A DNA stretch of 64,000 nucleotides from Sphingobacteriia bacterium 24-36-13 (GTDB lineage: Bacteria > Bacteroidota > Bacteroidia > Chitinophagales > Chitinophagaceae): assembly GCA_002281875.1 (NCBI GenBank), contig NCHN01000017.1, positions 8,462-72,461 on the forward strand. The letters are read 5' to 3'. The position numbers and the translations under genes are program-made. Below the pieces are notes generated by a model. That model saw only the letters and a program-made list of their open reading frames with translations. It did no database searches and was not told where the DNA came from. Positions 57,518 through 64,000 of the stretch are shown here, in pieces. Each line of letters opens with the position of its first letter. Positions within the stretch are counted from its first letter, which is position 1.

Positions 57518-58702
57518 ATGGCTGCTAGAACAGATTTATTTCAATCACCAGATTATTATCAGTTAGATGATTTGTTTTCCGAAGAACATAAATTAATTCG
57601 TGAATCGGTGAGGGCTTATGTAAAAAAAGATATTTCTCCCATCATTGAAGAGTATGCACAACGCGCTGAGTTCCCAGAACAAATTGTTCGTCAACTAGGA
57701 GAATTAGGTTGTTTTGGCCCAACAGTTCCAACAGAATATGGCGGAGGTGGATTAGATTATATTAGTTATGGTTTAATGATGCAGGAATTAGAAAGGGGTG
57801 ATAGTGGTGTTAGAAGTACTGCATCAGTTCAAGGTAGTTTAGTCATGCATCCTATTTATGCTTATGGTAATGAAGCTCAAAGAAATAAATACTTACCTAA
57901 GCTTGCATCAGGTGAATGGTTGGGTTGTTTTGGATTAACAGAACCTGATCATGGAAGCAATCCTGCAGGAATGATTACCAATATTAAAGACGCGGGAGAT
58001 CATGTAATTTTAAATGGTGCTAAAATGTGGATTAGTAATGCACCTTTTGCAACAGTTGCAGTAGTGTGGGCAAGAAATGAGCAAAACGAAATTCAAGGAA
58101 TTATAGTTGAAAGAGGAATGGAAGGATTTTCTACACCAACAACCCATGGCAAATGGAGCTTAAGAGCGAGTGCAACGGGGGAATTGGTGTTTGATAATGT
58201 AAAAGTTCCCAAAGAAAATATTTTACCCAATGTTAAAGGATTAAAAGGTCCATTGGGCTGTTTAACCAAAGCTCGCTATGGTATTGCATGGGGAGCTTTA
58301 GGGGCTGCAATGGATTGTTATGATACAGCATTAAGATATAGTATGGAACGCCAACAGTTTGGAAGGCCAATTGGAGGTTTTCAATTACAGCAAAAAAAGC
58401 TTGCTGAAATGATTACTGAAATCACAAAAGGGCAGCTATTGGTATGGCGTTTAGGGGTGTTGATGAATGAAGGTAAAGCTACCCCTCAACAAGTAAGTAT
58501 GGCAAAAAGGAATAGCTGTGAAATCGCAGCCAATATTGCAAGAGATGCCAGACAAATGCTGGGTGGGATGGGAATTACTGGAGAATACAGCATCATGAGA
58601 CATATGATGAATTTAGAAAGTGTGATAACGTATGAAGGAACACACGATATACATTTGTTAATTACCGGTATGGATATTACAGGTTACAATGCATTCAAAT
58701 AA
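57518..58702 (+). CDS. gcdH: Glutaryl-CoA dehydrogenase (acyl-CoA dehydrogenase family)
   Basis: 394 aa, SVQGSLVMHPIYAYGNEAQRNKYLPKLASGEWLGCFGLTEPDHGSNP block typical of GCDH, C-terminal YEGTHDIH. Confidence 0.8.
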   Translation: MAARTDLFQSPDYYQLDDLFSEEHKLIRESVRAYVKKDISPIIEEYAQRAEFPEQIVRQLGELGCFGPTVPTEYGGGGLDYISYGLMMQELERGDSGVRSTASVQGSLVMHPIYAYGNEAQRNKYLPKLASGEWLGCFGLTEPDHGSNPAGMITNIKDAGDHVILNGAKMWISNAPFATVAVVWARNEQNEIQGIIVERGMEGFSTPTTHGKWSLRASATGELVFDNVKVPKENILPNVKGLKGPLGCLTKARYGIAWGALGAAMDCYDTALRYSMERQQFGRPIGGFQLQQKKLAEMITEITKGQLLVWRLGVLMNEGKATPQQVSMAKRNSCEIAANIARDARQMLGGMGITGEYSIMRHMMNLESVITYEGTHDIHLLITGMDITGYNAFK

Positions 58703-59199
58703 TGAAAATTTTTCTTATTGGAATGATGGGAAGCGGTAAGAGTTTCTGGAAACATCGTCTTTCTGCAAAATTTAAAATAGGCGGGTATGATTTAGACAGC
58801 ATTATTGAGTCTGTTGAAGAAAGGTCAATTTCAGAACTATTTGAGGAAAACGGGGAAATTTCTTTTCGGAAAACAGAATCCAAATTGCTAAGATGGTTTG
58901 GAGAGAAAAAGTCTTTTGTTCTAGCAACTGGTGGTGGAACACCCTGTTTTCATCAAAACATGGAATGGATGAACCAGCAAGGAATAACCATTTGGTTAGA
59001 TGAGCCAATAGAGGTTTTAGTTAAAAGACTTTTGCCTGAAATGGATCATAGACCATTACTTAAAGACCTTACTCCTGATAACTTATATAATTTTTTAGAA
59101 AATAAACTTAAAGAAAGGGAACCATATTATTGTCAAGCTAAAAAAAGGTTATTTGGTTCAGAGATTAATTTAAAAAACTTAATTGCAAATATTCAATAA
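58702..59199 (+). CDS. aroK: Shikimate kinase
   Basis: 165 aa, P-loop IGMMGSGKS and GGG(T)P motif. Its ATG shares one nucleotide with the gcdH stop (TAATG). Confidence 0.85.
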   Translation: MKIFLIGMMGSGKSFWKHRLSAKFKIGGYDLDSIIESVEERSISELFEENGEISFRKTESKLLRWFGEKKSFVLATGGGTPCFHQNMEWMNQQGITIWLDEPIEVLVKRLLPEMDHRPLLKDLTPDNLYNFLENKLKEREPYYCQAKKRLFGSEINLKNLIANIQ

Positions 59200-59200
59200 C

Positions 59201-59593
59201 ATGCATAAAGGATTCATAATCATTGCTTCTTTTCTTGGGGCATTAGCAGTTGCACTGGGTGCATTCGGAGCCCATGGATTAAAAAATTATGCTACCCCTG
59301 CAATGATTAATACATTTGAAACAGGAGTTAAGTATCAATTTTACCATGTTTTTGCCTTGTCTATTACAGGTATACTTTACGCATATTTCCCCTCTACTTT
59401 ATTAGCCCTGTCTGGGAAATTTTTCATCGCGGGTATAGCTATTTTTTCTGGATCACTTTATTTACTAACCCTATTTTCTATTGTAGGCCAAAATCAGTTT
59501 AAGTGGGTAGGTGCCATTACGCCAATAGGGGGGCTTTTATTGATTATTGCTTGGATTTTAATGGGTATATCTTTGTTCAGATATAAAGCTTAG
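59201..59593 (+). CDS. DUF423 (YgdD-like) small membrane protein
   Basis: MHKGFIIIASFLGALAVALGAFGAHGLK..., four TM helices. I prefer the ATG at 59201 over the TTG at 59183. Confidence 0.75.
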   Translation: MHKGFIIIASFLGALAVALGAFGAHGLKNYATPAMINTFETGVKYQFYHVFALSITGILYAYFPSTLLALSGKFFIAGIAIFSGSLYLLTLFSIVGQNQFKWVGAITPIGGLLLIIAWILMGISLFRYKA

Positions 59594-59678
59594 TGGAAAA
59601 CCTTTGCTGACAGTAGGCATTTTTGCACATTGATGCCTAAGTGCTATTTATGGCTATCTCAAACAGTATATTTGGTAT

Positions 59679-62273
59679 ATGGCCAATAGTTTAAAAAAGA
59701 AGACACCTCCACCGCCAGACCCTGAAGAACTGAATCCCGACAAAGACGCAGACGTCACGGTTGCAGAAGTGGTTAAAGACGAAAGAACCGAAAAGATTAT
59801 CGGTTCAATTTGCTTATTACTAACTATTTTCTTGTTTATTTCGTTTACTTCTTATTTATTTACCTGGCAAGAAGATCAGGATAAAGTTCAACAATTCGGC
59901 GTTCGTATTTTTTCAACCGATGATATTAGGGTAAACAATTTGTTAGGCGTATTGGGTGCTTATGTTTCTCATACATTGTGGTACAACGGTTTTGGGTTGG
60001 CTTCTTATTTATTTTGTACTGTCTTTTTTGTTCTAGGTGTTAATCTACTATTTGGCAAGAAAGTATTCAAACTGTTACGTAACATCAAATATGTATTAAT
60101 TGGATTGGTTGTATTTAGTATGGCAGCTTCTTTTATTGCAAAGGGAGGGAGTTTTTCTTGGGGTGGTGCTGTTGGGGAGTATTTAAATGACTGGTTCGAA
60201 AAATGGATTGGTAGAATTGGTACGGGTGCTTTATTGTTACTTACTTTGTTTAGTTACTTTATATGGAGATTTAATCCTGTTTTTAAATTACCCAATTGGA
60301 AATTTAACCTATTCGACGGGAAGGAGGATCCAATGTCTAAAAATCTTGCAGCAGATATACCAGAAGTAACTTTAGATGGGTCAATTAATAATACAGAAGT
60401 AGAAGTAGATGACCAACAAGTAGACGTGGATGAAGATGGACTTCCAATTAGTAAGAATAAATTAAAAACGAATTTGAGCGGTGTTTCGGTTATTATGCCA
60501 GCTGAAGAAACAATCAGCAATCCAATGAATGCATTTGATATGGTGGAAAAAGAAGAGTTGGCTATTGATGAGGAAGAAGTCATTGAAGATGATGAGGAAA
60601 CAATAGAGGAAATTCTCGAGGAGGAAGAAGCGTTAGAATTAGAAGAAGAATTAGAAGAAGCAGAAGCCGAATTAATAGCTGCTATTGAAAAAAGAGAACC
60701 AGAATTGGAATTAGAAATTAAAGAAACTCCTGAAGTAAAAGAGGAAGAATTGGCAACTATAGCTGCAACAGTAGGTAGTTTGGCTAGCAAATACGATGTT
60801 ACATTAGATTTAAAAAACTATAAATATCCAGGATCAGAATTATTGGAAACACATGGCAGTGAAAAAATAGTAGAAACACACAAAAATCAAATCATAGCAA
60901 CATTAAAGAACTATGATATTGCAATACAGCGAATAGCTGCAACCGTAGGGCCAACTGTGACCTTATATGAAATTGTGCCTGCACCTGGGGTTAGAATTAG
61001 TAGAATTAAAAACTTGGAAGATGATATTGCCTTAAGTTTAGCTGCACTAGGTATTCGTATTATTGCACCCATTCCTGGTAAAGGAACCATTGGTATTGAA
61101 GTTCCCAATGTTCGTAAAACAGTAGTAAGCATGAAAACCTTGTTGGCAAGTGAGAAATTTCAGAATAGTAATTTTTCGCTCCCAATTGCAATTGGTAAAA
61201 AAATCGATAATGATAATTTTATTGTAGACCTAGCCACCATGCCACACTTACTAATGGCCGGTGCAACTGGACAAGGAAAATCGGTAGGTTTGAACGCCAT
61301 TTTAGTTTCCCTACTTTATAAAAAACATCCTTCTCAATTAAAATTTGTTTTAGTTGATCCCAAAAAAGTAGAGTTGAGTTTGTATAGGGTTATAGAAAAA
61401 CATTTTCTAGCTAAACTTCCAGGAGAAGAAGAGTCAATCATAACCGATACAAAAAAAGTAGTATATACATTAAATGCATTATGTATTGAAATGGATAATC
61501 GCTACGATTTATTAAAAGAAGCTGGTTGTAGAAATATTAAAGAATACAATGAAAAATTCACTGCAAGAAAGTTAAATCCTGAAAAAGGGCACCAATATTT
61601 ACCTTTTATTGTTTTAGTAGTTGATGAATTTGCCGATTTAATCATGACAGCAGGTAAAGAGGTAGAAATGCCCATTGCTCGACTTGCCCAGTTGGCAAGA
61701 GCCATCGGGATACACTTAATAATTGCTACTCAAAGACCGTCAGTAAATATTATTACCGGAACCATAAAAGCAAATTTCCCTGCACGTATCGCGTTTAAAG
61801 TTTCTAGCAAAATAGATAGTCGAACTATTTTAGATGCAGGTGGTGCAGAACAATTAATTGGAAAAGGGGATATGCTGGTTAGTTATAATGGGGAAATAAC
61901 TCGTTTGCAGTGTGCTTTTGTAGATACGCCTGAAGTGGATGCTGTATGTGAATTCATTGGTAATCAAAAAGGATACCCTCAAGCATTTTTATTGCCAGAA
62001 TATGTTGATGAAAAAGAAATGGAGGGAAGAGATTTTGACGCCAACGATCGAGACCCACTATTTGAAGATGCAGCAAGATTAATCGTTAGCAGCCAAATGG
62101 GTTCAACTTCCTTAATTCAAAGAAGAATGAAACTAGGATATAATAGGGCAGGTAGGCTAATGGATCAGTTAGAAGCTGCAGGTGTTGTTGGGCCCAATCA
62201 GGGGAGTAAAGCAAGAGAAGTACTGTTTAAAACAGATTCAGAATTACAATCATTTTTCGATACAATGGGTTAA
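59679..62273 (+). CDS. ftsK: DNA translocase FtsK/SpoIIIE
   Basis: 864 aa. N-terminal TM helices, long acidic linker, motor domain with MAGATGQGKSV (Walker A) and LVVDEFADL (Walker B), C-terminal gamma winged helix LIQRRMKLGYNRAGRLMDQLE. Confidence 0.92.
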   Translation: MANSLKKKTPPPPDPEELNPDKDADVTVAEVVKDERTEKIIGSICLLLTIFLFISFTSYLFTWQEDQDKVQQFGVRIFSTDDIRVNNLLGVLGAYVSHTLWYNGFGLASYLFCTVFFVLGVNLLFGKKVFKLLRNIKYVLIGLVVFSMAASFIAKGGSFSWGGAVGEYLNDWFEKWIGRIGTGALLLLTLFSYFIWRFNPVFKLPNWKFNLFDGKEDPMSKNLAADIPEVTLDGSINNTEVEVDDQQVDVDEDGLPISKNKLKTNLSGVSVIMPAEETISNPMNAFDMVEKEELAIDEEEVIEDDEETIEEILEEEEALELEEELEEAEAELIAAIEKREPELELEIKETPEVKEEELATIAATVGSLASKYDVTLDLKNYKYPGSELLETHGSEKIVETHKNQIIATLKNYDIAIQRIAATVGPTVTLYEIVPAPGVRISRIKNLEDDIALSLAALGIRIIAPIPGKGTIGIEVPNVRKTVVSMKTLLASEKFQNSNFSLPIAIGKKIDNDNFIVDLATMPHLLMAGATGQGKSVGLNAILVSLLYKKHPSQLKFVLVDPKKVELSLYRVIEKHFLAKLPGEEESIITDTKKVVYTLNALCIEMDNRYDLLKEAGCRNIKEYNEKFTARKLNPEKGHQYLPFIVLVVDEFADLIMTAGKEVEMPIARLAQLARAIGIHLIIATQRPSVNIITGTIKANFPARIAFKVSSKIDSRTILDAGGAEQLIGKGDMLVSYNGEITRLQCAFVDTPEVDAVCEFIGNQKGYPQAFLLPEYVDEKEMEGRDFDANDRDPLFEDAARLIVSSQMGSTSLIQRRMKLGYNRAGRLMDQLEAAGVVGPNQGSKAREVLFKTDSELQSFFDTMG

Positions 62274-62372
62274 TTGTATTCAGGGCTGTTTAAAGCTATT
62301 TTACCGAAACTTTAATACTCTGGATGACCCAAAATCAGCTGAAAGTGTATATTTGCACCCTAATACGGAAAC

Positions 62373-63002
62373 ATGCAGAAATTTTACATTGCCAGTATTT
62401 TTATATTTTGTTCTTTTTTCATTTCCAATGCCCAAAATGACCCCGCTGCAAAGAAAGTAATAGATGCTTTTGGATCAAAAGTGAAGGCTTCCAAGGGGAT
62501 CACAGCCTCCTTCTCACTAAAATCATTTAATAGTAAGGGAAAAACAAATGGTACAAAAGCTTTATCTCTTTCAATGAGAGGAGATAAATACCTATTAAAG
62601 CAGGGTAAAACAGAAATTATATGTGATGGTAAAAATGTATACAATTTTGATGGATCTAAAACCATTACTAAATCTGCGGTAGAGGAAAGTAGTCAAACAT
62701 TGAGCCCACAGAAACTCTTAGCAGGTTCTTATGATAAGGATTTCTCTTATAAATTAACCAATACCAAAGGTAATTTCAATGTAATTGAAATGGTGCCATT
62801 AGACAAAAGAAAAAATTTCCAAAAAGTGACCCTGTTTTTCAATAAAAAAACAAGTGTTTTATCAAAAGCTTCTATTCTAGATAAAAGCAATAATATTACA
62901 GAGTTAGGGGTAAGTAATATTAATTTGAATGCAAAGCTTGCTGATATTTTATTTGTTTTCAATAGGTCAAATTATCCAAAAGATGTAGAAATACTAGATT
63001 AA
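62373..63002 (+). CDS. lolA: LolA-like outer-membrane lipoprotein carrier protein
   Basis: 209 aa, signal peptide, typical position directly downstream of ftsK, and a beta-rich sequence resembling LolA family members. Confidence 0.65.
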   Translation: MQKFYIASIFIFCSFFISNAQNDPAAKKVIDAFGSKVKASKGITASFSLKSFNSKGKTNGTKALSLSMRGDKYLLKQGKTEIICDGKNVYNFDGSKTITKSAVEESSQTLSPQKLLAGSYDKDFSYKLTNTKGNFNVIEMVPLDKRKNFQKVTLFFNKKTSVLSKASILDKSNNITELGVSNINLNAKLADILFVFNRSNYPKDVEILD

Positions 63003-63024
63003 TTCGCTTTCATAATTTTTTTAT

Positions 63025-63060
63025 AAAGCCCTTCTAATAATTTAGATGGGCTTTTATTTT
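63025..63060 (+). terminator. Intrinsic terminator after the lolA-like gene
   Basis: AAAGCCC-T-TCTAA / TAAT / TTAGA-T-GGGCTTT followed by TTATTTT. Confidence 0.7.
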
Positions 63061-63075
63061 GCGTATTTTTAAGGA

Positions 63076-64000
63076 ATGAGAACTGTACTATTGTTTATTT
63101 TCTTGTTTGGTTCAAGAATCATGTTTGCTCAATTTAGTGCAAGGTTTGTTGTAACAAATATTGCAACTAGAAGTAATGAAGACATTTATTTAACTGGAAC
63201 ATTTAACAATTGGAACCCCAAAGATCCTCAATATAAATTAAAGCCATTCAGTGGAGGAAGGAAAAGCATTGTATTGATTAATCTTGCTGCAGGTACTTAT
63301 GCATTCAAGTTTTCAAGGGGTGAAAATAAATTGGAGTCAACAGCGGATGGAAGAGATTTGTCTGATAGAATTTTAGAAGTGAATGGAGATGTAAGTAATG
63401 AATATACAATTGCTGGATTTAAAGATGATTATCCAGAAAAGCCTAAGTCATACACAGCAAGCCCACAGGTTCGAATTATGGATACAGCTTTTCTAATTCC
63501 TCAATTGAATAAGAAAAGAAGAATATGGGTTTATCTGCCTAAAAACTACCAAACAACTGGAAAAAACTATCCTGTTTTGTATATGCATGATGGCCAAAAC
63601 TTGTTTAATGAGAAAACAGCTTTTGCTGGGGAATGGGGTGTTGATGAGTGTTTGGATAGCTTGCAAGAAAAAATACAAAAAGAATGCATTGTTGTAGGTA
63701 TAGATAATGGGCTAGAAAAGAGAATTAATGAATTCAACCCATATGATCATTTTCAATATGGGAAGGGGATGGGTAACGAGTATGTAGATTTTATTGCACA
63801 AACATTAAAACCTTTTATCGATACTAAATACCGAACAAGGAAAGGAAGAGATTATACTTATTTGGCAGGGAGTAGTATGGGGGGATTAATAAGTTGGTAT
63901 GCACAATTAAAATACCCAGCTATATTTGGAGGTGCTGCAGTTTTTTCTCCATCATTTTGGATTTCTCCACAAATTGCTGTGGATGCAGAAAAATGGGATG
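63076..64000 (+). CDS. Secreted esterase-family alpha/beta hydrolase with an N-terminal glycogen/starch-binding-like (CBM/AMPK-beta type) domain; runs off the window end
   Basis: Frame is open from the ATG at 63076 to 64000. MRTVLLFIFLFGSRIMFAQ signal, YLTGTFNNWNPKD...GTYAFKFS beta-sandwich, then YPVLYMHDGQNLF and LAGSSMGG (nucleophile elbow) of the 'putative esterase' family. Not in the ORF track because it is open-ended. Confidence 0.75.
   Translation, partial: MRTVLLFIFLFGSRIMFAQFSARFVVTNIATRSNEDIYLTGTFNNWNPKDPQYKLKPFSGGRKSIVLINLAAGTYAFKFSRGENKLESTADGRDLSDRILEVNGDVSNEYTIAGFKDDYPEKPKSYTASPQVRIMDTAFLIPQLNKKRRIWVYLPKNYQTTGKNYPVLYMHDGQNLFNEKTAFAGEWGVDECLDSLQEKIQKECIVVGIDNGLEKRINEFNPYDHFQYGKGMGNEYVDFIAQTLKPFIDTKYRTRKGRDYTYLAGSSMGGLISWYAQLKYPAIFGGAAVFSPSFWISPQIAVDAEKWD

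Noticed and set aside
59614-59639. Hairpin TAGGCAT / 12-nt loop / ATGCCTA after the DUF423 gene, considered as a terminator
   Set aside because: The 7-bp stem has a large loop and no following T-run, so it is too weak to call.
60254-60790. 178-aa Ser-rich minus-strand ORF inside ftsK, and the GAA/GAG-rich stretch that looked like a tandem repeat
   Set aside because: It is the mirror image of the acidic Glu/Asp-rich FtsK linker (about 60540-60760: ...EEEVIEDDEETIEEILEEEEALELEEELEEAEAEL...). This is low-complexity codon bias, not an independent gene or a spaced repeat array.
1-64000. Looked for CRISPR arrays, IS elements/transposases, integrases, phage genes, toxin-antitoxin or restriction-modification pairs, rRNA and large direct or inverted repeats
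   Set aside because: Reading the ORF translations and intergenic regions found none. All intergenic spaces over 100 nt are accounted for by the leaders, divergent promoters or the tRNA. A computational repeat search was not possible here and could still reveal short dispersed repeats.

Overview
AT-rich chromosomal segment that looks like Bacteroidota. The taxon call rests on TAnnTTTG-type -7 boxes, no obvious Shine-Dalgarno use, a UpxY-type NusG paralog, CarboxypepD_reg/TonB-type outer-membrane barrels and a DUF2723 protein. It is an inference, not a database result. The window is almost entirely tightly packed core metabolism. It holds a complete histidine pathway split into two transcription units: hisG-D-C-[periplasmic dehydrogenase + cytochrome c]-hisB, and hisH-A-F-IE. 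It also holds a complete tryptophan pathway (trpE-G-D-C-F-[unknown ORF]-B-A) fused head-to-tail to hisHAFIE and a TlpA-like gene. Other content: kynurenine-pathway genes (TDO, kynureninase), glutaryl-CoA dehydrogenase overlapping aroK, three S9 peptidases, an S41 peptidase, three large OM barrels, an HdrD-like Fe-S module, a ChlI-like AAA+/vWA pair, ftsK, lolA, glmM, pgm, pcm, pyrF, mtaB and one tRNA-His(GUG). I saw no rRNA, CRISPR array, transposase, integrase or recognisable defence island, and no self-contained new multi-gene system that I can defend. The best signals are regulatory and architectural. First, a His-codon leader peptide and a Trp-codon leader peptide, each followed by an intrinsic terminator, with an alternative-pairing strand sitting on or next to the leader stop codon. 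Second, hisHAFIE sits behind the Trp-sensing leader with no room for its own promoter. Third, a secreted protein of five exact 16-residue repeats is translationally coupled inside the trp operon. Fourth, a periplasmic redox pair is embedded in the his operon. All product calls come from motifs I recognise in the translated ORFs; no searches or folding computations were run.
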